Assembly (NCBI GenBank): GCA_902554765.1
Contig: CACDPY010000003.1
Span: 1,175 to 65,174, forward strand
Reading direction: 5' to 3'
Length of the DNA: 64,000 nucleotides
Origin: an uncultured Pelagibacteraceae bacterium
Lineage (GTDB): Bacteria; Pseudomonadota; Alphaproteobacteria; Pelagibacterales; Pelagibacteraceae
In this document: one piece after another, positions 8,844 to 18,254 of the stretch
How the letters are laid out: every line of letters begins with the position of its first letter
Numbering within the stretch: the stretch's first letter is position 1
Program-made: the position numbers and the translations under genes
Notes under the pieces: generated by a model
The model's database searches: none
What the model was told of the DNA's origin: nothing
The model's input: the letters and a program-made list of their open reading frames with translations, nothing else

Positions 8844-11183
8844 ATGGCGCTAACTACTTTAGATATTAAAGAGCCTGGTTTAAATGTGCTACCACCTGGG
8901 GTTGAAAGATATGTTGTTGAGGGTGGAGGTTTGACGGGAATTCAAATTTTACCAGATGATGAAATAGAAATAATTAATAATGAGGGCAATCAAGTTTGTG
9001 AAATTTCAGTGTTTAATAAAGATGGTAAATCAGAACTTGCTATTCTTGGTTTAAAAGAAATAAAAAATAATTCGGAAATAAAAAAAATTCTTCTTAAAAA
9101 AGATGAAACATCTTTACAAGCTTTATTTCAGTTAAAAAAAAGAAATTTAAATATTGAAAAATCAAAATCTTCCATAGTCTTCGATAAAGAAACAAAAGCT
9201 GGTAAGAATATTAAATTAAAATCTAAAGATAAATGTTATTGTATTATCGCTGCACCAGGCAATGAAATGATCATCCACGAACAAAATCCATCAACTGAAC
9301 TTACTGTTATAATAAAACGAGCTGTGGTAAAAAAAGATAAAGAATTCTCAATAATTCCAGATCCTGTTTATGATCCCACAAATGAAATCAATATTGCCAG
9401 AACAACTGCAAACTCCTACCAAGTTAAGGAAGGAGATTATATCCAAGTAATTACCCCTACAGGGAGACAGTGTTCTGATTTTGTAGCTTACGATACTTCT
9501 AAATTAGATAAAGGGAAAGAAAACGGATTAGATTGGCAAACAACAAGAACATTTATGGGACATACTTTTCCTGGACCAGGATTATTTTCAAAGTTTTATG
9601 ATGTAGATCATGAGCCACTTGTTGAAGTTGTAAGAGATACAGTGGGTATTCATGATACGTTCAATTTAGCTTGTACATCTAAATATTATGAAGATGCAGG
9701 ATATTTTGGCCATATAAACTGTTCTGATAATTTGAACGAGGTTATGGAAAAATATGGTGTTCAAAAGAAAAAAGGTTGGCATGCAATTAACTTATTTTTT
9801 AATACTTCTGCCGGTGGTCAAAATTCTGTTTTATCAGATGAGTCTTTTGCAAGACCTGGTGATTATGTAATTTTTAGAGCTTTAAAAGATTTGACTTGTG
9901 GTACAACTGCTTGCCCAAGCGATATTGATAGTTGTAATGGATGGAATCCTACCGATATATTTGTTAGAACTTATGACAAAAAAAAAGAATTTACAAAATC
10001 TTTTGCCTTTAGAATGAAAACTGACTCTGAAAAAAAACTTACCAGAAATACTGGCTTCTATGAAAGAACTTCAAAATTAACAAGAAACTTTGTTGATGCT
10101 CGAGGCTTTTGGTTACCAAATGATTACACAAAACATGGAGTGATTAATGAATATACTGCATGTAGGGAGAAGGCTGTTGTAATTGATTTATCTTCTTTAA
10201 GAAAATTTGAAATTTTAGGACCAGATGCAGAAGAACTAATGAATTATACATTAACTAGAAATATTAAAAAACTCTCTGTTGGACAGATTGTATATTCAGC
10301 AATGTGTTATGACAATGGTACTATGTTTGATGATGGTACTTTATTAAGATTAAGTGAAACAGGGTTTAGGTGGGTCTGTGGGGATGAGTATGCTGGAGAA
10401 TGGTTAAAAGAGCAAGCTAAGAAGAAAAATTTCAAAGTTCTAATTAAAAATTCAACAGATCAAATAAATAATCTATCTGTTCAAGGGCCAAATAGTAGAA
10501 AAATTTTAGAAAAAATAATATTTACTCCACCAACACAGCCAACAATTTCTGAATTACAATGGTTTAGATTCACTATTTGCAGGTTAGAAGAATTAAATGG
10601 AATTCCTTTAATTGTTTCAAGGACAGGTTATACAGGAGAACTTGGTTATGAAGTTTGGTGTCATCCTGATCATGCTCCACAAGTTTGGGATAAAATAATT
10701 GAAGCAGGTAAAAATGAGGGTTTAATACCAGCAGGATTTGGTGCTTTAGATTTATTAAGGATTGAAGCGGGACTTGTTTTGTTTGGTAATGAATTTGATG
10801 GACAACAAGATCCTTTTGAAGCTGGTATAGGTTTCGCTGTGCCTCTTAAGACAAAAACTGATAATTTTATTGGTAGAGAAAATTTAATTAAAAGAAAAGA
10901 AAATCCGCAAAAAAAGTTAGTTGGTTTAGAGCTAATCGGGAAAGAAAAGGCTAATCATGGAGACTGTGTTCATATTGGAAGAGCACAGGTTGGTATAGTA
11001 ACAAGTGCATGCTTGTCCCCAACTTTAGGAAAAAACATTGCTTTATGTAGAATTGATATTGGTCATTCTGAAATAGGTACTGAAGTTGAAATTGGAAAAA
11101 TTGACGGCCATCAAAAAAGAATTCCAGCTAAGATAGTTGGATTTCCTCACTATGATCCTCAAAAAACTCGTGTAAGATCTTAA
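8844..11183 (+). CDS. tdm: Trimethylamine N-oxide demethylase (DUF1989 + GcvT domains)
   Basis: DUF1989 metal motifs QCSDF, HDTFNLAC, GHINCSDN, ACPSDID; GcvT motifs SRTGYTGELGYE, LRIEAG; next to tmoX. Confidence 0.88.
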   Translation: MALTTLDIKEPGLNVLPPGVERYVVEGGGLTGIQILPDDEIEIINNEGNQVCEISVFNKDGKSELAILGLKEIKNNSEIKKILLKKDETSLQALFQLKKRNLNIEKSKSSIVFDKETKAGKNIKLKSKDKCYCIIAAPGNEMIIHEQNPSTELTVIIKRAVVKKDKEFSIIPDPVYDPTNEINIARTTANSYQVKEGDYIQVITPTGRQCSDFVAYDTSKLDKGKENGLDWQTTRTFMGHTFPGPGLFSKFYDVDHEPLVEVVRDTVGIHDTFNLACTSKYYEDAGYFGHINCSDNLNEVMEKYGVQKKKGWHAINLFFNTSAGGQNSVLSDESFARPGDYVIFRALKDLTCGTTACPSDIDSCNGWNPTDIFVRTYDKKKEFTKSFAFRMKTDSEKKLTRNTGFYERTSKLTRNFVDARGFWLPNDYTKHGVINEYTACREKAVVIDLSSLRKFEILGPDAEELMNYTLTRNIKKLSVGQIVYSAMCYDNGTMFDDGTLLRLSETGFRWVCGDEYAGEWLKEQAKKKNFKVLIKNSTDQINNLSVQGPNSRKILEKIIFTPPTQPTISELQWFRFTICRLEELNGIPLIVSRTGYTGELGYEVWCHPDHAPQVWDKIIEAGKNEGLIPAGFGALDLLRIEAGLVLFGNEFDGQQDPFEAGIGFAVPLKTKTDNFIGRENLIKRKENPQKKLVGLELIGKEKANHGDCVHIGRAQVGIVTSACLSPTLGKNIALCRIDIGHSEIGTEVEIGKIDGHQKRIPAKIVGFPHYDPQKTRVRS

Positions 11184-11533
11184 TGGCAAAAACTACGAAA
11201 GATTTATTAGAGTTTTGGGAAGATCAAATGAAGCTTTCTCATATGTCTAGTAATTACTTTTTTAGAAAATCGCCCTCTCATTACCATATGATGCTTTTAG
11301 TAATGCACGCTTATAAATATCAAGAAAATCTTACTGTTGAGGAATTAAAAACTAAATTATTTAAAACTTCACGTCCAAAATCTGCTTTAATGATTAATGA
11401 AGCTTGTGAAAAAGGCTTCTTTTTCCTTGAAAAAACATCAGGTGATCAAAGGAAAAAACATATTAAACCAAGTGTATCTTTTATTGAAGAATTCAATCAA
11501 TATCTTGAAACTTTAAAAAATTTGAGTTTTTAA
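11183..11533 (+). CDS. Small winged-helix (MarR-like) protein
   Basis: TAATG overlap with tdm; helix-turn-helix-like region followed by DQRKK wing motif. Confidence 0.6.
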   Translation: MAKTTKDLLEFWEDQMKLSHMSSNYFFRKSPSHYHMMLLVMHAYKYQENLTVEELKTKLFKTSRPKSALMINEACEKGFFFLEKTSGDQRKKHIKPSVSFIEEFNQYLETLKNLSF

Positions 11534-11613
11534 AGTCATATAATTTTTACTTATATTTTTTATATATAAAAAAAATTATATATTTAAGTCGCACGAAAAA
11601 TAAAGATATCTTT

Positions 11614-12939
11614 ATGTCATTACCGACAAAAGCAAAAGTAGTAATTATTGGTGGAGGTATCCACGGTTTAAGTACAGCATGGAAATTATCAGAGACATAT
11701 AAAAATCCAGGTGACATTGTAGTTTTAGAAAAAAAAGATATTGCTGCAGGTGCAAGCGGAATAGCTTGTGGTGTTGTAAGAAATAATTATTTCCAGCCAG
11801 CGATGAGAGAATTGATGGCTCATTCAGTTTCTGTTTGGGAGAGTGATCCTAAAGCATTTAAATATAATGCTGTTGGATATTTACAAATTTCTCCAGAAGT
11901 TATGCATAAAGATGTTGCAACGATTTATGAACAACAAAAAGCAATTGGTTATGAGTCAGAATTTATCGAAGGTGAAAAAGATTGTATGAAATATATGAAG
12001 GGAATGTTTGATGACTGGCAAGCACAAGGAATTACATCGGTACTTCATGAAAAAAAAGGTGGTTATGCGTTTAATAAGGATTCCATTAAAGCTCTTGAAA
12101 ACAAATCAACATCAAATGGTGTTCATGTTATTAAAGGTGTAAAAGTAAATGGTTTTAAAAGAGGCAGCAATAGTAAAGCTGTAACAGGAGTTGAAACTGA
12201 TAAAGGCACTATTGATTGTGAACAAGTAGTTATCGGAGCAGGTCCTTGGGCTAGAGATTTCTGGAACATGTTAGAACTTCCAAAAACTGCTAACATTAAA
12301 GGTAAGGATGGTAAAATGCATACAACTAATATGTGGACATATTGGATGTTGCAAGAAGGAGTTATTGGTGTTGAGCCAGATTTTTTAAAGATGAATAATG
12401 GCGAACAGCCACCAGTAATTCATGTGGACTCTACCGCTCCATTGTATTCAGATAAAACAAAAAAATTAATAACTGACAAAATTTGGGGAATTTATTATAA
12501 GCCTGACATTGAAGGTTTAGGGGTTCAAGGTGGAACATCTCCTTACATTGTAGATAAACATTTTGATGAAGTAAATGTTGATCCATATGGAATTGAATCT
12601 CCAGAATACCAGACAACTGAAGCATTTAATGATATGTGGTGTTCTGCTTTAGCGCATTGTCAAAAAAGATTTGAAGGTAAGTCTGATCTTTATAGAAAAG
12701 GTCCATCAGGTGGCCTTGGATGTATGACGCCAGACTCTTTTCCAATCTTTGATAGATTTTTAGAAAACGTTTATATGATTGCAGATGCCAATCATGGTTA
12801 CAAAATGATTGGAGTTGGTGAATTAGTGGCAAAAGAAATTTTAGGACAAGAAAGTGACTTGTTGAAACCTTTTAGATTCAACCGATACGAGAAGGGTGAA
12901 CTTCACCCTACTTCGAACAGTCCGTTTCCTTGGAGCTAG
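11614..12939 (+). CDS. FAD-dependent oxidoreductase, sarcosine oxidase beta/DAO family
   Basis: VIIGGGIHG Rossmann motif, GASGIACG, TPDSFP, HGYKMIG. Confidence 0.88.
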   Translation: MSLPTKAKVVIIGGGIHGLSTAWKLSETYKNPGDIVVLEKKDIAAGASGIACGVVRNNYFQPAMRELMAHSVSVWESDPKAFKYNAVGYLQISPEVMHKDVATIYEQQKAIGYESEFIEGEKDCMKYMKGMFDDWQAQGITSVLHEKKGGYAFNKDSIKALENKSTSNGVHVIKGVKVNGFKRGSNSKAVTGVETDKGTIDCEQVVIGAGPWARDFWNMLELPKTANIKGKDGKMHTTNMWTYWMLQEGVIGVEPDFLKMNNGEQPPVIHVDSTAPLYSDKTKKLITDKIWGIYYKPDIEGLGVQGGTSPYIVDKHFDEVNVDPYGIESPEYQTTEAFNDMWCSALAHCQKRFEGKSDLYRKGPSGGLGCMTPDSFPIFDRFLENVYMIADANHGYKMIGVGELVAKEILGQESDLLKPFRFNRYEKGELHPTSNSPFPWS

Positions 12940-13009
12940 TTTATCTAAGTAGACAGACGTTTTTTTTTCAGTTACCTTTTTGAACTAAAAATTCTTAACA
13001 GAGGGGAAT

Positions 13010-14479
13010 ATGACTGATCTTGAAAAACACGTTAACCAACCAGGAAGAGCAAAATTAGTAAAAAAAGTTAGAGATAAAATTGATGAGTTAGGAATAACTT
13101 ATATTTATTTTCAATTCATTTCAGTTACTGGAAGAGTGGTTGGTAAGGGAATTCCTGCAGATCATTGGGAAAGAACTGCTGAAAAAGGATTTCAATTAGT
13201 GTACGGAGCAACAGCAAATTTATTTTTGGATCGTCATAACAATTACATTGGATATGGGCCTGAAGCTAAAGAATTAGTTGGTATTCCTGATCCTGAAACT
13301 TTTGTTCAATTACCTTGGGACAAAAGAGTTGCAAGAGTTTTTTGTACTTGTTTTAGAAACAGAGAAGAAAGAGAAAATCCAGGTGGACATTTAACTTCTG
13401 ACTGTAGAGGAAATTTAAGAATAATTGCTGAAGAATTTAAGAAAAAGCATGGTTATCAAATGAGAGTTGGTACAGAACCTGAAATGATGTGGTTAACTAA
13501 AAATGAAGATGGTACACCGACTGGTAAAGGTTTTTCAAAACCGTTCTGTTATCATATTGATCAGTTTGAATCATTAAGACCGGTTTTTATGAAGGTTATT
13601 GAATATGCTAATGCAATGGGTCTTGATATGATCCAAGGTGATCATGAAGATGCGCCAGGTCAATTAGAATTAAACTGGATGTACGATGATGTGCTAAGAA
13701 ATGCTGATAGACTTTCAACTTATAGACAAATTTGTGCACAAGTTGCTCGAGAACATGGTTTAATTGCATGTTTCATGACAAAACCATTTATGGGAGTTTC
13801 TGCTAGCGGATGTCACACTAACATGTCACTTTGGAAAGGTGGAAAAGATGTTGTTAATAAGTTAGGACATAAATCATTACCAGGTGTTGAAGAGGTATTT
13901 ACTTATGTTGAAGGCGGTACAAACACTTTTATGCCTGATACTAAAGATATGCAGCTTCCAGGAAAAGTTGGTCTACAATCTATTGGTGGTATTATGAAAC
14001 ATTTGCCAGCTCTAACAGCTATTGGATCATCGACGGTTAATTCTTATAGAAGATTATGGGACCAAGGTTTTTGGGCACCGGTTTATGCTGATTGGGGATT
14101 TCAAAATAGAACTTGTGGACTAAGAGTTTCTGCACCAGGAAGATTTGAATATAGATCAGTAGACTCTATGCATAACCCTTATTTAATGGGTGCTGCATTA
14201 CTTAAAACTATGGATGATGGTATTTCAAATAAAATTGATCCAGGTAAACCAGAGTCTAGAAATATTTATGAAGCTCAAAAAGCTGGTAAAGATGTTAAAA
14301 AGTTACCTTTAAGTTTAGGTGAAGCGTTAGACAGATTGTCTGAAGATAAAGTGGTTCAATCTGCAATGCCTGATGAGATGTATAAAATATTTCATTGGTA
14401 TAAAAACGATGAATGGGAAAAATTTTTAGGAGCAACAACTCAATGGGATCTAGATACCTATCTAGATTGTCTACCATAG
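13010..14479 (+). CDS. Glutamine synthetase-family gamma-glutamyl ligase (non-canonical)
   Basis: TEPE, HEDAPGQLE, KPF..SGCH, SYRRL, NRT, FEYR; Trp (GFWAP) at the Glu-flap position. Confidence 0.85.
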   Translation: MTDLEKHVNQPGRAKLVKKVRDKIDELGITYIYFQFISVTGRVVGKGIPADHWERTAEKGFQLVYGATANLFLDRHNNYIGYGPEAKELVGIPDPETFVQLPWDKRVARVFCTCFRNREERENPGGHLTSDCRGNLRIIAEEFKKKHGYQMRVGTEPEMMWLTKNEDGTPTGKGFSKPFCYHIDQFESLRPVFMKVIEYANAMGLDMIQGDHEDAPGQLELNWMYDDVLRNADRLSTYRQICAQVAREHGLIACFMTKPFMGVSASGCHTNMSLWKGGKDVVNKLGHKSLPGVEEVFTYVEGGTNTFMPDTKDMQLPGKVGLQSIGGIMKHLPALTAIGSSTVNSYRRLWDQGFWAPVYADWGFQNRTCGLRVSAPGRFEYRSVDSMHNPYLMGAALLKTMDDGISNKIDPGKPESRNIYEAQKAGKDVKKLPLSLGEALDRLSEDKVVQSAMPDEMYKIFHWYKNDEWEKFLGATTQWDLDTYLDCLP

Positions 14480-14506
14480 AATTTAGAATTAGAGAGAGGA
14501 AAAGAT

Positions 14507-15451
14507 ATGTGCGGAATTGCGGGATTAATACATAGAGGTAAATCTTCAAAAGTTGGTCATGAGTTACAAGGAATGCTACAAGCTCTAAAGCATAGAGGTG
14601 AAGACTCTACTGGTTATGCTTTGTACGGTGACACAGAGGGTAAAAATTTTATCATGAGGGTCAAAGTAGGTGAAAACGTTGGTGAAGGAAGTTCATCGAT
14701 TGCTGAGGATGTGTCTGTTTACGATGAGAGAAAAAAAATTGTTGAATCTTATCTTTCTGAAATGGGTGCAAAAATTGTAAAGGAAGAAAGAATTTTACCA
14801 TACTCTTTAAGATATGAAGTTGAGTATGACAAAAAAGATTTATTAGAATTTTCACAAAAAATTGAGAGTATTCCTGGTGTTGAAATACTTTCTATGGGTA
14901 AATCTTTAGAGGTAATTAAAGATTTAGGAAATGCTAAAATGGTTTGTGATAGATATAATCTAGATAAAGTTGTTGGAACTCATGCAATTGGTCATGCTAG
15001 AATGGCAACTGAGTCAGGTGTAGATATTAAGTCTGCTCATCCTTTTTGGGGCTATCCTTTTAGTGATGTATCTGTTGTTCATAATGGCCAGCTAACAAAT
15101 TATTGGAATAATAGAAGAGCTTTAGAAAATAAAGGCATGAGATTTATGTCAGAGTGTGACTCTGAATTAATAGCTGTTTATATTGCTGAAAAAATGAGAG
15201 ATGGGGCATCTTTAGAAGAGGGAATGAAAGAGTCTTTAACAGGTTTGGATGGGGTGTTTACTTACTTTGTAGCAACTAAAGACTCATTAGGTATGGCAAA
15301 AGACACCATGGCAGCAAAACCTCTGGTCCTTTATGAATCAGATGATTTAGTTGCAATGGGATCAGAAGAAATAGCAATCAGATCAATTTTACCACAAGAA
15401 ATTGACACTTATGATCCTTTTGATGGGGAGGTTAAAGTATGGCAAATTTAA
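14507..15451 (+). CDS. glxB: Class II glutamine amidotransferase, GlxB/MgsA-like
   Basis: N-terminal MCGIAG, GHARMATES, AHPF, HNG, DSE. Confidence 0.82.
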   Translation: MCGIAGLIHRGKSSKVGHELQGMLQALKHRGEDSTGYALYGDTEGKNFIMRVKVGENVGEGSSSIAEDVSVYDERKKIVESYLSEMGAKIVKEERILPYSLRYEVEYDKKDLLEFSQKIESIPGVEILSMGKSLEVIKDLGNAKMVCDRYNLDKVVGTHAIGHARMATESGVDIKSAHPFWGYPFSDVSVVHNGQLTNYWNNRRALENKGMRFMSECDSELIAVYIAEKMRDGASLEEGMKESLTGLDGVFTYFVATKDSLGMAKDTMAAKPLVLYESDDLVAMGSEEIAIRSILPQEIDTYDPFDGEVKVWQI

Positions 15452-16293
15452 AAACTACTGAGAAAAAAACAAAATCTCAGGCAATGGGTATGCATACTGA
15501 AGTTTTAACAGGAAGAACTCAACAAAAGTTTTTTAATCCTGATGAAGCCGAAAATTTTTATTACTTTGGAACTTATGATGTGGACTTTAATAAAAGAACA
15601 GATCTTGATGTAAAAGATATGACTGCAGCAGAGGCCAATAAGAAAATAGATAGTTTAATGAGTGAGGGTTATGGAACAATTGTAATAAAAAACCCTCAAG
15701 GTAAACATAGTTTAGGTGTTGGTATACTAAATAAATTAAATTTAATTTTCGAAGGAAGTTTAGGATACTTTGGAATGGGATCTTGCGATGGTCCTATTGT
15801 GAGAATTAATGGAAGAGTTGGTTGGTCTTGTGCTGAAAATTTAATGGCAGGAAAAGTAGTAATTGAGAAAAACGCTGGTTCTTGCTTTGGAGCAGCAATA
15901 AGAGGTGGTGACTTAATTTGCAAAGGTAGTGTCGGTGCTAGAACAGGTATCGATATGAAGGGTGGAACTATAATTATTGGTGGAGATGCGGGAGCATTTA
16001 CAGGTTTTATGATGCAAAGAGGAAGAATAATTATTTTAGGTGATGTTGGAATTAACTTAGGTGACTCTATGTATGATGGGACAATTTTCGTAGGTGGAGA
16101 AATTGGTTCATATGGTAGTGATGCTGTAGATGCTGAACTTACGAAAAGTGACCAAGATTGGCTCAAAAGAAAATTAAAAGTTGCTGAGATTGGTGAAAAT
16201 TTTGATGTTAGTAAAATGAAAAAAATAGTAGCTGGTAAAAAACTTTGGAATTATGACAATTTAGAACCTACTGAGAAAAAGGGAGCAATCTAA
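15439..16293 (+). CDS. glxC: GXGXG (glutamate synthase C-terminal) domain protein, GlxC/MgsB-like
   Basis: Repeated G-x-x-G...MxGG beta-helix; lies between glxB and glxD. Confidence 0.8.
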   Translation: MANLKTTEKKTKSQAMGMHTEVLTGRTQQKFFNPDEAENFYYFGTYDVDFNKRTDLDVKDMTAAEANKKIDSLMSEGYGTIVIKNPQGKHSLGVGILNKLNLIFEGSLGYFGMGSCDGPIVRINGRVGWSCAENLMAGKVVIEKNAGSCFGAAIRGGDLICKGSVGARTGIDMKGGTIIIGGDAGAFTGFMMQRGRIIILGDVGINLGDSMYDGTIFVGGEIGSYGSDAVDAELTKSDQDWLKRKLKVAEIGENFDVSKMKKIVAGKKLWNYDNLEPTEKKGAI

Positions 16294-17702
16294 TGGCAAA
16301 AAGAAAAATGAAGAAAAAATCAAATGGTAAAGGGGTTGGTGGAAAAGCTGATGTTCATGCGCATGAAGAGGGTAAAAGAAATAAAAGCTTACTTGGACAC
16401 AATGCTATTTTTACTCCGGAAGTAATAGACGATATTCATATAAAAGCACAGTTAGGAAGATACAGAATGCGTGGAATGGCACTAATGAAAAAAATTCCTA
16501 CTTTTGATGATTTAGTTTTCTTGCCAGGAACTCTTACAAGGTTTGTAATTGAAGGTTATAGAGAAAAGTGTGAGACTAAAACTATAATTGGTCCAAGATG
16601 TGAAAACCCAATAGAATTAGATATTCCTGTTTATATTACTGGTATGAGTTTTGGTGCGCTTTCTTATGAAGCAAAAACTGCTTTAGCAAGAGGTGCAACA
16701 ATGGCTGGAAGTGCAACTTGTTCTGGAGAAGGTGGAATGATTCCTGATGAAAGAAGGTATTCAGAAAAATGGTACTATCAATGTATCCAATCTAGATACG
16801 GTTTTAATCCTCATCATGCTCAACTTGCTGATGGTATTGAAGTGTTTATTGGCCAAGGTCAAAAAGTTGGAATGGGTGGACATTTAATGGGTCAGAAAGT
16901 AACTGACCAAGTCGCAGAGATGAGATCATTGCCATCTGGTATTGACCAAAGGTCACCAGCAAGACATCCTGACTGGTTAGGTCCAGATGACTTAGCCTTA
17001 AAAGTTGAAGAATTAAGACAATTAACAAAAAACAAAGTCCCAATTCAACTAAAACTTGGAGCATCAAAAGTTTATGATGATGTTCGTATGGCAGCAAAAT
17101 GTGATCCTGACTCTATTTATTTAGATGGTATGGAAGGTTCCACTGGAGCTGGTCCACATATCGCTGCTGCAAACACTGGTATTCCAGGAATTGCTGCAAT
17201 AAGAGAAGCTAGAAGAGCAATTGACGATGTAGGTAAAACTGGGAAAGTTACTTTGATTTACGCAGGTGGTGTTAGAGATGGTGCTGATATGGCAAAAGCT
17301 CTAGCGTTAGGAGCTGATGCGATTGCAATAGGTACTGGATCAATGATTGCTTTAAACTGCAATAAAGATATTCCAGAAGCAAATTTTGAAAAAGAAATGG
17401 GAGTTAAAGCTGGTGAATGTTATCACTGTCATACTGGCAGATGTCCAGTTGGTGTTGCAACTCAAGATCCAAAATTAAGAGCAAGATTAAATCCTGATGA
17501 TGCTGCATTAAGAGTGTATAATTATTTACACTCAATGACTTTAGAGGCTCAACTTCTAGCAAGAGCATGTGGTAAAACTAATATTCACTCTTTAGAGCCT
17601 GAAGATTTAGCTGCCTTAACATCTGAAGCATCCGCTTTAGCTAAAGTGCCTTTAGCAGGAACTAACTATACTGTTGGCGTAGATAACTATCATAAAATAT
17701 AA
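16293..17702 (+). CDS. glxD: FMN-binding glutamate synthase family protein, GlxD/MgsC-like
   Basis: GMSFGALS, SGEGG, GGHLMGQKV, KALALGAD, Fe-S motif CYHCHTGRCPVGVATQD. Confidence 0.85.
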   Translation: MAKRKMKKKSNGKGVGGKADVHAHEEGKRNKSLLGHNAIFTPEVIDDIHIKAQLGRYRMRGMALMKKIPTFDDLVFLPGTLTRFVIEGYREKCETKTIIGPRCENPIELDIPVYITGMSFGALSYEAKTALARGATMAGSATCSGEGGMIPDERRYSEKWYYQCIQSRYGFNPHHAQLADGIEVFIGQGQKVGMGGHLMGQKVTDQVAEMRSLPSGIDQRSPARHPDWLGPDDLALKVEELRQLTKNKVPIQLKLGASKVYDDVRMAAKCDPDSIYLDGMEGSTGAGPHIAAANTGIPGIAAIREARRAIDDVGKTGKVTLIYAGGVRDGADMAKALALGADAIAIGTGSMIALNCNKDIPEANFEKEMGVKAGECYHCHTGRCPVGVATQDPKLRARLNPDDAALRVYNYLHSMTLEAQLLARACGKTNIHSLEPEDLAALTSEASALAKVPLAGTNYTVGVDNYHKI

Positions 17703-17713
17703 TAGAGGTATTA

Positions 17714-18130
17714 ATGGCCAAGAAAAAAAATAAAAAAGCTAAAAACAAACCAAAAAAAGAAAAGAAAATGAAGCTTGGTACCTTTAAAGAAACTGCTAGA
17801 GAAAAACTAATTGGCCAACATATCGGTTATAGATATGATGTAAATTTACTTCCAGATTATAAAAAGATAACACCATTCCTTAAGAAGTATGTTGAGGCTA
17901 TGGGTTGGGATGATTTAAACTGGTTAGAAGATGTTCATATGGGTTATGAAGAAGGTAGACCTGCTGTGTTCTGTAGAAATGCAAACGGTTGGGTTACAAT
18001 TCCAAAATCTATAAAATTACCAGAAAATCAACAAGATAGAGATATGATAGCAAGAGAGTTATTGGTTAAATTTCAAATGTCTCCAAAACATCCTCTTGTT
18101 GATTTAAAAAAAGCTTACTTAAAATTTTAA
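17714..18130 (+). CDS. Hypothetical protein with Lys-rich N-terminus
   Basis: GAGG RBS; co-oriented in the glx operon. Confidence 0.75.
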   Translation: MAKKKNKKAKNKPKKEKKMKLGTFKETAREKLIGQHIGYRYDVNLLPDYKKITPFLKKYVEAMGWDDLNWLEDVHMGYEEGRPAVFCRNANGWVTIPKSIKLPENQQDRDMIARELLVKFQMSPKHPLVDLKKAYLKF

Positions 18131-18254
18131 TTACACAATCTAAAGTTGATTTTATTTTACAAACCTTCTGTTTGTAATAGGTTTTAAGAGATAGTTTCGT
18201 TTGTCACGCCCTTAGAAATTTTATAGGGTTTTAGAAACTAATTAAGGAGAGGAT

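Noticed and set aside
8844-11183. Glycine cleavage T protein (gcvT)
   Set aside because: The large DUF1989 N-terminal region with metal ligands and tmoX adjacency indicate Tdm
15696-16166. 156-aa Pro-rich antisense ORF
   Set aside because: Shadow of Gly-rich (GGN) codons in glxC; fully nested antisense with no independent signal
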